Shown: positions 1 through 11,401 of the stretch, one piece after another
Numbering within the stretch: position 1 is the stretch's first letter
Layout: each line of letters opens with the position of its first letter
Program-made: the position numbers and the translations under genes
Assembly: GCA_023898385.1 (NCBI GenBank)
Contig: CP060220.1
Span: forward strand, 2,655,683-2,719,682
Direction of reading: 5' to 3'
Length of the DNA: 64,000 bases
Source of the DNA: Pseudobdellovibrionaceae bacterium
GTDB taxonomy: Bacteria; Bdellovibrionota; Bdellovibrionia; Bdellovibrionales; UBA1609
Notes under the pieces: model-generated
Databases searched by the model: none
What the model was told of the DNA's origin: nothing
What the model saw: the letters and a program-made list of their open reading frames with translations, nothing else

Positions 1-995
1 TTCCACTCATCCAGATCAAAGTTGTGAATCAAAACAATTTGAACGTGTTCTTTTTTTTCGTCGTCGTCTTCGGCTATGATTTTGTGGAGTTCGCCGTAAA
101 ATTTAAAAATTTCTTGGCGAATTTTTTCTTGGGCGACTTTAGAAATGGGAAAAATTCGATAGGCCCAGCCCCGCCGTGAAGAGGGAACTCCGTCTGCGGT
201 GTCAAACCGCTCAAGACATTTTTGGGTCCAATATCTAGCCAATTGAGCGGACTCTTCAATGGAATCTTCCATGTCCACGCGGCCGCGGCAGAGTTCGTAC
301 TTGCCATTTTTGAATTGAATAGATGCATTCGACTCTAGGAGTTGTAGTCCATCTATCACTTCGGTGGTTTCAACGTCGAGCGCATAAGCTAACCATTCAT
401 CGGAGTGGGTAGGTAATTTTTTATAGGCATCCAGGGTTAATAGGGCTTGCAGTGCCGAAAGCCACCCAATCGAGCCCTCTAGTTTTTTTTGTTTAAGGGT
501 TGTGGCGCTCCAAGCTGAGTACTCTTCCGGGGTCCACTGTGGGCAAATAGATTTTAAAAAAAACGGCAGCTGTTGAGTATTACATCCAAGAAATTGCAGC
601 ACCTGGTAAAACTCAACAGTTTGATCTTCAAGAAGCAGTCGGCGCGCTTTGGCGGAGGACATATCCATGTAGCGCGCAAATTCATCAACACTCATGTTGG
701 CAAACTTGGTTCGCAAACTATTGAGCACTTGTTGTCCGTCTAATGTTGAGTCCACTGAGAACGATAAGATTTTTTGCAATATGGCATCAATAGGTATGGT
801 AAGGGCGCTGGCGATTTGAATAAATTCAGGCCATTTTAAGTTTTTGTATCCTGTTTCCCACTTGTGCCATCTCGGTGTGGTTGAATGGATAAGATTGTCC
901 ATTTGTTTTTGGGTACGTTCAGCGCGCCAGTGCCGAACCAGTTGGCGGCTAAGGCGTACAAAGTCGTCTGAGGATTTGGGCGCTGTATGACTCAC
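1..995 (-). CDS. Hypothetical protein, 3'-partial (runs off left edge); possible N-terminal XRE-like helix-turn-helix
   Basis: Absent from the ORF track because no stop lies in the window. Manual reverse-strand translation is open for >300 codons down to position 1 (..SRQLVRHWRAERTQKQMDNLIHSTTPRWHKWETGYKNLKWPEFIQIASALTIPIDAILQKIL..EDDDEKKEHVQIVLIHNFDLDEW). The N-terminal stretch has an HTH-like pattern. Start unresolved: GTG 995, ATG 902, or ATG 1067/1082, which would overlap the divergent gene. Confidence 0.6.
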   Translation of the reverse strand, partial: MSHTAPKSSDDFVRLSRQLVRHWRAERTQKQMDNLIHSTTPRWHKWETGYKNLKWPEFIQIASALTIPIDAILQKILSFSVDSTLDGQQVLNSLRTKFANMSVDEFARYMDMSSAKARRLLLEDQTVEFYQVLQFLGCNTQQLPFFLKSICPQWTPEEYSAWSATTLKQKKLEGSIGWLSALQALLTLDAYKKLPTHSDEWLAYALDVETTEVIDGLQLLESNASIQFKNGKYELCRGRVDMEDSIEESAQLARYWTQKCLERFDTADGVPSSRRGWAYRIFPISKVAQEKIRQEIFKFYGELHKIIAEDDDEKKEHVQIVLIHNFDLDEW

Positions 996-1065
996 GATCA
1001 AAGACCATATTCTTATTTTCGAGGGAAAACAAGGGAACCTTAAGTTGACGAAAATCGCGTAATCC

Positions 1066-1983
1066 ATGAATAATAATTCCATGAATCAAAAGGGATTTTC
1101 TCTCATCCAGGGTCTCGTGGCCGTAGGCATTATGTCGCTTGTGGCGATGAGTGTTGCCGGCCTGTTCACTCAGATGGCGGCGAATCAAAAACGCAACAAC
1201 ATCATTTTCATGCTTCAAAATAAAAAATTAAACTTAGAGCAATCTCTAAGAGATGATCGGACATGGCAAAAAATTCTGGCACACGATAACAATCAAGGGC
1301 AATTGCAGTGTCTTAGAAAAATGCAAGACTGCATGGAAACAGCAAAAGAATTACCAGACCCTCCTGGTGAACTTATCCCTATAATTGTGGATGGGAGCAA
1401 TCGTGTGTTAGTGGATAGCACCATCACAGGTAACAATATTGGTGGCATGACTTATCAAGGTACACTTTGCCATGAGTTTGTAGATAGAGACGTGTATTTT
1501 TCTGAGAATGGAAATGATCAATGCCCCTTGCGTCTAGAAGTGCGCTGGCGACCCATTTGCGATAAAGAGACAGATACTTCCTGTTTGAACCCACAGATAC
1601 AAATTACTGGTTCCTATAAGCATTCGCCCTATCAGATGGGCAAGTTGAATCTCAATTTTGTGCAATATCAAATAGAAGTGGTGCGGCCCGGGGTGACGGC
1701 AGAGATGATCCAACAAGCCATGCAAAAATATGTCGAAGAAAAGTCTTCCGTACAGCAAGCGAGCCCCGGACTTTCGAGTTCGCCGCAGTTGCCATCAGAG
1801 ACGGCATCAAATCAAACTCCTTCCATGACGGTGGATGATGCAAAAAAAATGTTAGAGTCAGATGCACTTAAAAAACAAGATCTACCGAAAGAATTCACAG
1901 AAGGAATGAATCGATTGCTAGAGGCGCAAAAACAACTTGAGCAATTACAAAAAGAGTTGAAGTCTCAACAAGAGGCTAATTAA
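1066..1983 (+). CDS. Prepilin-type N-terminal domain protein (pseudopilin-like), Gln/Glu/Lys-rich C-terminal tail
   Basis: N-terminus MNQKG|FSLIQGLVAVGIMSLVAMSVAGLF matches the type IV prepilin cleavage/methylation motif (G|F-x-L-I-x plus hydrophobic helix), with Q instead of the usual E5. The C-terminal third is low-complexity (LEAQKQLEQLQKELKSQQEAN). Confidence 0.55.
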   Translation: MNNNSMNQKGFSLIQGLVAVGIMSLVAMSVAGLFTQMAANQKRNNIIFMLQNKKLNLEQSLRDDRTWQKILAHDNNQGQLQCLRKMQDCMETAKELPDPPGELIPIIVDGSNRVLVDSTITGNNIGGMTYQGTLCHEFVDRDVYFSENGNDQCPLRLEVRWRPICDKETDTSCLNPQIQITGSYKHSPYQMGKLNLNFVQYQIEVVRPGVTAEMIQQAMQKYVEEKSSVQQASPGLSSSPQLPSETASNQTPSMTVDDAKKMLESDALKKQDLPKEFTEGMNRLLEAQKQLEQLQKELKSQQEAN

Positions 1984-2371
1984 CGATCTTTTCGCCATTT
2001 TCGGTACGTGGCTCTGGCGGTAGCACAAAGTGTAAAACCAGATAAAGCAATGCGGCTCCGCCAAAGGAGAGGATCGCTAGAGTCAGGGCGCCCACTCGAA
2101 TTAGGCCTAACTCCACATTGTACTGTCGAGCCAATCGAAGGCAGACGCCGAGAACTTTGGGCTGCTGTGATTCAGCAATCAAGTCTTCTCGAGGAAGGGC
2201 CATGGCCAAAACAAAATAGACCAAAACACCAGTAAAGGCAAAGAAGATACTGGCAAACCAAGCAATTCTAACCAGCGTGACGTCCACATCTAAAGCGCGA
2301 GCCACTCCGGCACAGACGCCAGCGATTTTTCCATCTTTAGCTCGCAACCACACAGGTTGAACGATACCCAT
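1976..2371 (-). CDS. PspC domain-containing membrane protein (two PspC-like repeats)
   Basis: KIAGVCAGVARALDVDVTLVRIAWFASIFFAFTGVLVYFVLAMALP, and a second copy KVLGVCLRLARQYNVELGLIRVGALTLAILSFGGAALLYLVLHFVLP. This is the classic PspC-domain pattern. Confidence 0.7.
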   Translation of the reverse strand: MGIVQPVWLRAKDGKIAGVCAGVARALDVDVTLVRIAWFASIFFAFTGVLVYFVLAMALPREDLIAESQQPKVLGVCLRLARQYNVELGLIRVGALTLAILSFGGAALLYLVLHFVLPPEPRTENGEKIVN

Positions 2372-2373
2372 AG

Positions 2374-3867
2374 CTAGACTCCTTCCGCAGCAGAAACCGC
2401 TTCATCAATATCAGAGGGTGGTTGAGTCGACAATACGTCGGCGGGAGAGCCCACATCAGCTGGATCTTGTTTCTTGAGGCCTTTACGCTTTTTTCGTTTT
2501 CGTTTTTTCTTACCAGAAGCGTTGAGCTCAACGGGAGTCTCGTCCGCCGCCGAGGTGACGGTGTCGTCAAGATCATCTTCAACCAAATCTTCGGGTTCAG
2601 CATTTACCGTGGCTGCCTCAAGAGCCAGGGCCTCACCACTGCGAATATTTAAATTCGTTGGCAAACTTTTTTTACTTTTGGCGCCAAGCTTTTCAAGTCG
2701 TTGGGCTTGCACTAAAACGCGGCTTTCTAATCGCGAAAGTCCCTTTTCGTATTCGTCGCGTGCTTTTTCAAGATGTTTTCCTATTCCCACATAGGCATCC
2801 ATAAAATCACAAATTCTTTTGTGCAGCTCTTTACCGGCGTCTGAAATGCGTTCGGCGTTCTCCGCCAGTCGCTCTTCATTCCATCCAAAACGAATAACTT
2901 TCAGCAAGCCGATCAGTGTGGGAGGAGTGGCAATAAGAATTTTCTTTTCAATGGCATATTCCATTAACTCTGGATCAGCTTCTAGAGCCGCGTAAAGAAA
3001 TGATTCGTTAGGAAGAAACATCACGGTAAAGTCTGGGGATTCTTTAAGCAAATCTGAGTAGGCCCGTGAAGATAGTTTTTTAATATGGTCTTTTACGTGG
3101 CGCCCATGGCGAGAGAGTTCTAGGTTTCTCTGTTCGTCTGTGTTGGCATCGAGATAGGCCATAAAGGCATCAATGGGTGTTTTGGCATCAACCACCACGA
3201 ATCGGCCGCCGGGCATTCTGACGGTCATGTCAGGGATTATGCGATCGCCGTCATCGGTGTTTTGAGTGTCTTGAAAGACGACGTCGGAATACTCAGACAT
3301 GCCTGCTAGTTCCACACAGTTTTTCAACTGCACCTCACCCCAGCGGCCTCGAACGTGCGGTCGCTTAAGGGCGTCTTTAAGGGCTCTAGTTTCTTCACTC
3401 AATAACCCGTTGATTTCAGCCACGCGCTTTATTTCTTGTTCCACCGAAGTGAAGGCCCGAACACGATTGGTTTCAATGTGCGTGACCTGTTCATGATATT
3501 TCTTGAGGGCCTCATTAAGCGGCTGAACAAGGTGATTGATCGCGGTTTGGCGTTTTTCAAGATCGCCCTTTGCCACTTGCACTTCTTGTTGCAACATGGT
3601 TTTTGCGAGATCCATAAATTGGCGATTGTTACCCTCTAAAGCGGATGCGGCTAAACTTTTAAACGTGTCGCTCAGTTGGGCCTTTGCGCTTTCGAAGGTT
3701 TTTCTCTCCGCATCGAGGGTCGACTTGGCGGCTTCCAGTTCGGCTTGAGTGCGGGCGAGATCAATTTTTATCTCGGTAAGAAGACGTTGATGACGTCGGT
3801 TAATGTACACAGCGGCCGTCAGGGCGAACAAAAACAAGACTAAAAATACCACGGAAATAGGATCCAT
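2374..3867 (-). CDS. rmuC: DNA recombination protein RmuC
   Basis: N-terminal TM helix, long coiled coil, then an RmuC nuclease-like core (GEVQLKNCVELAGMSEYSDVVFQ..PDMTVRMPGGRFVVVDAKTPIDAF..TVMFLPNESF). Unusual acidic then poly-basic tail (GKKKRKRKKRKGLKK). Confidence 0.85.
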   Translation of the reverse strand: MDPISVVFLVLFLFALTAAVYINRRHQRLLTEIKIDLARTQAELEAAKSTLDAERKTFESAKAQLSDTFKSLAASALEGNNRQFMDLAKTMLQQEVQVAKGDLEKRQTAINHLVQPLNEALKKYHEQVTHIETNRVRAFTSVEQEIKRVAEINGLLSEETRALKDALKRPHVRGRWGEVQLKNCVELAGMSEYSDVVFQDTQNTDDGDRIIPDMTVRMPGGRFVVVDAKTPIDAFMAYLDANTDEQRNLELSRHGRHVKDHIKKLSSRAYSDLLKESPDFTVMFLPNESFLYAALEADPELMEYAIEKKILIATPPTLIGLLKVIRFGWNEERLAENAERISDAGKELHKRICDFMDAYVGIGKHLEKARDEYEKGLSRLESRVLVQAQRLEKLGAKSKKSLPTNLNIRSGEALALEAATVNAEPEDLVEDDLDDTVTSAADETPVELNASGKKKRKRKKRKGLKKQDPADVGSPADVLSTQPPSDIDEAVSAAEGV

Positions 3868-4048
3868 CGAGTTCCCTTTGCTAGAGGATATCCGGTCAAA
3901 TATGCCATAAAATGGCCCGAAAAGGCCAAATAAGGCCGCCAGATCGCGTTAAAACCTCCTGAGAGTAAAACAGAAGGGGGTGGATATGGCATAAGCCTTG
4001 AATATTAAAGGGGATGTGAACCTGTTTTATGTGGGAAGGTGATTCACA

Positions 4049-4519
4049 GTGTCTAGGTTGAAATTGCGAGTTGTAGCTTTGGTATTGGTCGTATTGGCTC
4101 CAGCGTTGGAGTGTGCGGCGGTGGAATCGACCCCGGTGTTGCCTGAAGAATCCGTGTCCGTCCCCTTACTTTTTTCTCAGTGGAAGCGAGATCAAGTGAC
4201 CGAGGCCCACAACTATGCGGTTCGCGTTAGAAACCGCCTGCTCATTGCTGGGTCCCATGAGACGCGGGGCAGCCAAAGCCAAACGCTGGCAAGTTTGGAG
4301 CAAGAACTTGAGGCCGCCCAACAACGGCTGGCCATAGCTCAAGAGCTATCTCTTGATGACTACTTCGAAATTTATTTAAAACAATTCAAGAATGAGCCTC
4401 GGTCCCTGCAATTACTTGCAGAGCGCCTGCCGCCGGAAGAGGTTTTAAAGTTGCTCGCTCGCCTGTTGGACACCCCCATTCCCCAGCCGGAGCCTGAAAA
4501 AGTAGCCAACCGTCCATAG
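4049..4519 (+). CDS. Hypothetical secreted protein
   Basis: GTG start. Signal-peptide-like N-terminus (RLKLRVVALVLVVLAPALECAAV). No recognisable family. Confidence 0.5.
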   Translation: MSRLKLRVVALVLVVLAPALECAAVESTPVLPEESVSVPLLFSQWKRDQVTEAHNYAVRVRNRLLIAGSHETRGSQSQTLASLEQELEAAQQRLAIAQELSLDDYFEIYLKQFKNEPRSLQLLAERLPPEEVLKLLARLLDTPIPQPEPEKVANRP

Positions 4520-4602
4520 ATCCATAGAAAACCCTCGTTTAACCCTGTAAACGTTTGAAAAGCCTAATAATTTTACTAAATTTCGGTAATTTCTCTGGGT
4601 TA

Positions 4603-4632
4603 CCTTGACAGCAAATTAATAGCTTACATATT
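4603..4632 (+). promoter_or_regulatory. Candidate heat-shock (sigma-32-like) promoter of groES-groEL
   Basis: cCTTGAC (4604-4609), 13 nt, then cTTACATAT (4623-4631). This resembles the CTTGAA-N13-CCCCATNT architecture. No CIRCE inverted repeat seen between 4520 and 4687. Confidence 0.3.
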
Positions 4633-4687
4633 GGAGCGGTTTTGAATCGCTATTTTTTATTTGATGTCATTAATAGGAGGAATACTC

Positions 4688-6671
<1,984 letters not shown>

Positions 6672-6700
6672 TCAGGCCAGAAGCTCATCCATTAAGCTCT

Positions 6701-6736
6701 AAAAAACCCCAGCTCATTTTGGCTGGGGTTTTTTTA
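6701..6736. terminator. Rho-independent terminator shared by convergent groEL and the 6746-8362 gene
   Basis: aaaaaaCCCCAGCtcattttgGCTGGGGttttttta: 7-bp GC stem flanked by an A-tract and a T-tract. Confidence 0.8.
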
Positions 6737-6745
6737 TGGCAAAAA

Positions 6746-8362
6746 TCAAAACAGATAGTAAAGGCCTGCAGAAAAGGTGGTGTGCTTGCGGCTTGAAGAA
6801 TTAGCACTGCCGCTCGAGAATTTAGTGGAATACAGTTCCATATCCAATGAGCCAACGGCTCTGAGGTTAAGAGCCACCCGCCTTTGGACAAACACACTGA
6901 AATTGTTAATTGTGTTATCGCTTTTTCCGCTCGAGCTGGGGCTTTCGCTCAGTTGCGGATTTAGCAAAAAGAAAAGTTCAGAACCGAGGCTCCACGAGTG
7001 GTCTTCGGCGATGGGATAGGTGCCACGCACGCCCGCTTTAAATCCGGTGTATTTAAGTGTGGTTAGTCCTGGTGGTTGTGATTCATCTACAGCTAAACGG
7101 TAAGAGGCGAATCCAGCAAGTAGCTCCACATTAGGCCCCCATACGCTCGGGCCCATACGAATTCTGTAGCCCCCCAAGAGTTCATGGGAGCTGAGTGAGT
7201 AGGAAAGTTCTCCGGGGTCACCCCCACTTCTTGGGTTGTCAGTGGAGATAATTCCCTGTCGTAGCCGTGCGTGCATAGTCCACTTGGGGGTGATCCAAAG
7301 TTCAGCTTCAATATTGGCACTCATATAATAGGGATCTTTTGCATCGTAACTGTCACCAGGGACGGTCATGCTGCCAGCAAAGTATCCTAAGCCCAGTCGT
7401 GCCCCCACTTGCCCAAAGGTGGGTGGTTTTTGAGGTAACCACGGCGAGGGGTCTTTGCCAAAGCTGATAGGGCCATCGGGCCGCGACTCAAGGGAGTGCT
7501 CGTTTTGAACCGCATCTGACAGCATTCGATCGTCTGGGTAGGCAACAAAGTCAATGCCCGCAATCTTTGTGTCTTTCTGGATGGCCCCGCTTTCTTTTTC
7601 GGTGACGATTTTACCAAAACTCAAGCTATCTTCTATTTTTAAGAGGCGAATTTTCCCGATAATTTCTTTTTCAGAGTTTATTACAAAATCAAATTTTGGA
7701 TGGCGGTTGAGTTTTATCACTTGAACGGCAGATACCATCTGCCCCTCAATTACACCATCTTGTTTGCCAATATTAAGCGTGACTCGATTGTTGTGGCGAC
7801 TTAACACAAGGCCCGTGTAAGGCAGTTTAGAAAGAGCCTTTTGCAACAATAACTCGGCTTGTTCGTTGAGATGTTTCACTTCAAAGCGCGGAAAGTTTTT
7901 TAAGGTCTCTTGGGCATAGAGTTTCTTGTCGCTAGCAAGAAATAGATCCAGCTTCATATTGATCCCATTGGGTCCTTTTGTGACACGCATGACAACAAAG
8001 GCGTCTGTTCCCAATCGTTCGCTCAGTGCCGCTACTCGTTGCGGATCTCGCTCAAGGTCTTCAGGGGCAACAATCGGCCCAATCGTGTCTATTGATTTAA
8101 GGTCCCAATGGTGATTGCTTTGTAAAAGCTTCGATAGGTGGTTTTCAATAGGACGCGCATAAATGCCTTGTAAGTTATCTGTGAGCGGCAATAGTGCTAT
8201 GCTGTGCACAGTTACAATTCGATCCAATTCACCCGAATACGGGGTGATGCTTTCATCTAAAGTTTTTGCGCCCACAGCGGAGGCCAAGAAAATACAGACC
8301 AATGTCGAGGGGATCGCTGCAAAATGTAAAAATAGTCGTCCACGTTTTACTTTTATTTTCAT
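6746..8362 (-). CDS. Putative outer-membrane protein (N-terminal periplasmic domains plus C-terminal beta-barrel)
   Basis: Signal peptide. Alternating beta-strand pattern in the C-terminal ~230 aa, ending in the aromatic OMP signature ..FSAGLYYLF. Confidence 0.6.
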   Translation of the reverse strand: MKIKVKRGRLFLHFAAIPSTLVCIFLASAVGAKTLDESITPYSGELDRIVTVHSIALLPLTDNLQGIYARPIENHLSKLLQSNHHWDLKSIDTIGPIVAPEDLERDPQRVAALSERLGTDAFVVMRVTKGPNGINMKLDLFLASDKKLYAQETLKNFPRFEVKHLNEQAELLLQKALSKLPYTGLVLSRHNNRVTLNIGKQDGVIEGQMVSAVQVIKLNRHPKFDFVINSEKEIIGKIRLLKIEDSLSFGKIVTEKESGAIQKDTKIAGIDFVAYPDDRMLSDAVQNEHSLESRPDGPISFGKDPSPWLPQKPPTFGQVGARLGLGYFAGSMTVPGDSYDAKDPYYMSANIEAELWITPKWTMHARLRQGIISTDNPRSGGDPGELSYSLSSHELLGGYRIRMGPSVWGPNVELLAGFASYRLAVDESQPPGLTTLKYTGFKAGVRGTYPIAEDHSWSLGSELFFLLNPQLSESPSSSGKSDNTINNFSVFVQRRVALNLRAVGSLDMELYSTKFSSGSANSSSRKHTTFSAGLYYLF

Positions 8363-8407
8363 AATGCAATTTTCCTATTTTCAAAAGGGTAGGTCAATTT
8401 CCTTAAA

Positions 8408-9484
8408 GTGATCATAGCCTATTGCCGATATGAAACTGTGACATTTTCAAATTACATTATTCATTTTCTAGTTGTGTTGAGTTTTTGGTTTTACGCTCTC
8501 GACTTTAGTGTGGCTCAGATGGACCCAACTTCAACACTTTTGCTTCGGCAAACCACTCGTGGGTCGTCAGAAGACGCTTTTGATACCAGTCGATATGAAA
8601 TCGCGGATCCACCAGCAAGAGTGCAGCAACCACAGGAGCCGGTGAGAAAGCTGCAAACTCCTGAAGCAAAGAAGGAACAACCGGCTTCCACACAGAACGA
8701 TGCGGGAGTGCCAATGCAGGAGCCGGCCGAGTCATCGCCATCTGCAGAATTAACTCCGCTTAGCCCCGAGCCTGCAATGAACTTGCTCGATCTCGCGGTG
8801 GCACCAACCTATATGTATCACCACGCACAAAGTAGCTATTGGTACCGTGATCATTTTTCGTCAGGCGCAGGGCTTTCGGTGGATCTCAGTGTGTGGGTGG
8901 CACCAGAAATGGCTTTATCTACAGGTCTTCTCACAAGCCTCGGGCACTCCACATCGGGCTCGGTGACGGGTGATCGCAACGTGGCCTTTCAGCACGATTG
9001 GTTTACTGCGGGCTTAAAGTTTCGCAATCTATATGGGCCAACGGCGGCCCCGATTTATCTACTATACGGCATTGAATACGCTGAGTATCGAGTGAGCGTG
9101 GACAAGACAGAGACGCAGAGAATCAGTTCCCATTCAACAGGGCCGCGGGTATTTTTTGAACTCAATAGGCCTCAGTCGGCGGGCGTATACAGTTCGGTGG
9201 GGGTTGAATTTCTGCCAAGCCTCCTGCACAAAGAAGAGGCTACAGCGCTAGATCTGCAATCGGGCACCAGCGTAAAGGCCTTTGCCGTGGGTTTGTGGTT
9301 GGGGCGAACCTACCAGCTGAACAGCGACCACCAGGTGTTTTGGAAGCTATCTCATAAAGCTGAAAATATCGTTTTTTCAGGAACCGCCAATACGGTAGAC
9401 CCTATAAGTGGAGTGGCTCCAGAAAATGTGTCAGTCACCAATAGTTTCACTATGTTTCAGTTTGGCTTTGTTTGGGGAGACTGA
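8408..9484 (+). CDS. Hypothetical secreted/outer-membrane protein
   Basis: GTG start. Hydrophobic leader ending ..FSVAQ, a Pro/Glu/Gln-rich linker, then a beta-rich C-terminal half ending FQFGFVWGD. Start codon uncertain. Confidence 0.5.
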   Translation: MIIAYCRYETVTFSNYIIHFLVVLSFWFYALDFSVAQMDPTSTLLLRQTTRGSSEDAFDTSRYEIADPPARVQQPQEPVRKLQTPEAKKEQPASTQNDAGVPMQEPAESSPSAELTPLSPEPAMNLLDLAVAPTYMYHHAQSSYWYRDHFSSGAGLSVDLSVWVAPEMALSTGLLTSLGHSTSGSVTGDRNVAFQHDWFTAGLKFRNLYGPTAAPIYLLYGIEYAEYRVSVDKTETQRISSHSTGPRVFFELNRPQSAGVYSSVGVEFLPSLLHKEEATALDLQSGTSVKAFAVGLWLGRTYQLNSDHQVFWKLSHKAENIVFSGTANTVDPISGVAPENVSVTNSFTMFQFGFVWGD

Positions 9485-10174
9485 TCGCGACAGGGGCGCG
9501 GCAGCCTCGTCGCTCTCGCTTTCGGGTACATTCTTTGATTTTTTGACTCGCTTGTAAACTACGTACACTAAAATGAGGGCCACCACGACGCTAAAGATCA
9601 CAATATTGAACTCTTTCGCCACATCTAATAAAGAATCAAGTGTGGTGGGGTCTGTTTTCAATTGATTGCCAAACCACCATCCCAGCATGATCCACACCGG
9701 CACACTGATGAGTGCGGCAAAGCCATCCAACATAAAAAATACGACGGGTCGCACTCCCAAAATACCAGACGTTAAAAAAAGCGGTGAACGCAATCCCGGT
9801 AAAAACCGAGCTGTAAAGCAAATGAAATGGGAGTTTCCCAAAACTTTTTCGCGAGCGAGTGCGATTCTTTTTTCGTTAAAGATAGATCGAAAAATCGGGA
9901 GCTTAAAAACTCGGTAACCCATTTTTCGACCCATATAAAAAAGGGTGGCATCACCAATCATGACTCCCACAAAGCACGACAAAAACGCACCGGTGAGGGA
10001 AATATTACCTAGCCCAGCCAAAAGGCCAGCTGTAATGAGGGTGATGTCTTCCGGGATCGGGATGCCAAAACCACAAATCAAAAGAACGCCAATAATGATG
10101 CTGTAGGCTGTGAACCCGCTAAAGCCCTGCATGAAAAGGATCAGTTTTAATGATAGGGTGGGCGTGGGTTCCAT
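9431..10174 (-). CDS. DedA family inner-membrane protein
   Basis: GFGIPIPEDITLITAGLLAG..GDATLFYMGRKMG..FICFTARFLPGLRSPLFLTSG is a typical DedA/SNARE-associated pattern. Confidence 0.8.
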   Translation of the reverse strand: MEPTPTLSLKLILFMQGFSGFTAYSIIIGVLLICGFGIPIPEDITLITAGLLAGLGNISLTGAFLSCFVGVMIGDATLFYMGRKMGYRVFKLPIFRSIFNEKRIALAREKVLGNSHFICFTARFLPGLRSPLFLTSGILGVRPVVFFMLDGFAALISVPVWIMLGWWFGNQLKTDPTTLDSLLDVAKEFNIVIFSVVVALILVYVVYKRVKKSKNVPESESDEAAAPLSRSVSPNKAKLKHSETIGD

Positions 10175-10190
10175 ATGGTCCTATATCCAG

Positions 10191-10219
10191 TTGGGTCCGA
10201 TGCGGAAAAACAGTATAAT
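10191..10219 (+). promoter_or_regulatory. Candidate sigma-70 promoter; would give a leaderless mRNA for the response regulator
   Basis: TTGGGT (10191-10196), 17 nt, then perfect TATAAT (10214-10219). ATG 10227 lies 7 nt after the -10 box and has no Shine-Dalgarno. Confidence 0.4.
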
Positions 10220-10226
10220 ATCTTTC

Positions 10227-10607
10227 ATGGGAATAAAACTTGTTATAGTCGATGACGCCCCGTTTATCCGAGAAGTGGTGCGAGGGGTGATAGCTGGCAG
10301 TGAAATAGAGTGTATAGGGGAAGCTGCGGATGGTGAAGCGGCGGTTCGAATCGTGTTAGAGAGAAAGCCCGATGTTGTTTTGATGGATCTCGTGTTACCG
10401 GTAAAAAGTGGAATAGAAGCGGTTGAAGAAATATTGTCGGTGGCTTCTGGAGTTCGCATCGTGGCGTGTAGTACGATGAATCAAGAAGCGATGGTTTTAA
10501 AGGCTCTGAGCGTGGGCTGTTGTGACTATATAAGTAAACCATTTGAGGCAAAACGACTGCTTCAAGTTATAAGGGGCTGCGCGGGCAAGCGCCCAGCGCA
10601 GAAATAG
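10227..10607 (+). CDS. Single-domain response regulator (CheY-like receiver)
   Basis: KLVIVDDAPFIREVV..DVVLMDLVLPVKSG..ACSTMNQ..ISKPF contains all receiver-domain landmarks. The track ORF from 10110 overlaps the DedA gene, so the internal ATG 10227 is preferred. Confidence 0.85.
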   Translation: MGIKLVIVDDAPFIREVVRGVIAGSEIECIGEAADGEAAVRIVLERKPDVVLMDLVLPVKSGIEAVEEILSVASGVRIVACSTMNQEAMVLKALSVGCCDYISKPFEAKRLLQVIRGCAGKRPAQK

Positions 10608-10610
10608 AAT

Positions 10611-10973
10611 ATGTTTGGGTTAATATCATTTTCAAAGAGTCTTGCCATAACACTGATCATTGTTTTTTTGCTGCAAATTCGGGTGGGGAATAGCACGCTC
10701 GAAGAAAAGGCAATGTTCTGGATTCATGATTCATACATTATGGCCCCGGTACAGAAGGCGGCAGAAGGCGCGGTATTGATGATTCGAGATTCGTGGAATG
10801 CGCTGACGAAAAACATCAACACCAAATATGCCGATTCGGTCAAGCGAGAAAACCAACCTGGATTTCGTGATGTGAAAATCCATTTCGACCGCAGCAAGGC
10901 CTATCTTGAGGAACAGGCCCGCAAGGCCGCTGAACAGCTTCAGGAAAACTCTGAAGGATCAGAAGAACTATAA
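10611..10973 (+). CDS. Hypothetical membrane-anchored protein
   Basis: One N-terminal TM helix (LAITLIIVFLLQI), a soluble tail, and close spacing to the upstream gene. No family recognised. Confidence 0.45.
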   Translation: MFGLISFSKSLAITLIIVFLLQIRVGNSTLEEKAMFWIHDSYIMAPVQKAAEGAVLMIRDSWNALTKNINTKYADSVKRENQPGFRDVKIHFDRSKAYLEEQARKAAEQLQENSEGSEEL

Positions 10974-10984
10974 CTATAGGGCCA

Positions 10985-11194
10985 CTATTTTCGGCCGCTG
11001 CCCTGATAGCTTTTTCTAACAGGCCTTTCTTCCTGAGAAGACTTGTTTACCAAAGCCGCCACCCGCCGTTGTTGCTTGTCTTTGTTTTGGCTGATCTTGC
11101 CTTTATCTAATGGGCAATAGGCATTCGCGCTAGCAAAAGCCGACGAAACAGAAAAAACAAAGGAGGCTGCCAATATCCATTTAATTGCTTTCAT
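10985..11194 (-). CDS. Small secreted protein (69 aa), paralog of 11402-11701
   Basis: Start taken at ATG 11194 with an AAGGAGGG RBS. Signal peptide MKAIKWILAASFVFSVSSAFASA. Shares a C..VAALVN..G-x-G-(R)K C-terminal pattern with the neighbouring small ORF. Confidence 0.5.
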   Translation of the reverse strand: MKAIKWILAASFVFSVSSAFASANAYCPLDKGKISQNKDKQQRRVAALVNKSSQEERPVRKSYQGSGRK

Positions 11195-11401
11195 CTCGCC
11201 CTCCTTATAGGGAGATCTAAAGTTAATAGCATCTTTCAATTCATTATATAGCGAGATGTGTGCCAGGTTGGCGGCCTTGAAGCTCAAAAAAAACCAGTTA
11301 ATTTAGCTAGTTACGATGCTGCCCCAGAATAGATCGTCTAATCTTTTGACAGCTGGGTGCCATATTTGCGAATTCAAGCAACTTGGCGGGGGGCTTTGGT
11401 G

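Noticed and set aside
949-1218. 89-aa minus-strand ORF overlapping the start of the pilin-like gene
   Set aside because: It is out of frame with the long unlisted minus-strand ORF and overlaps the better-supported plus-strand gene. It is probably a chance ORF.
4520-4687. Expected CIRCE (TTAGCACTC-N9-GAGTGCTAA) operator upstream of groES
   Set aside because: No such inverted repeat was found on reading the region. Only a weak sigma-32-like promoter candidate is reported.
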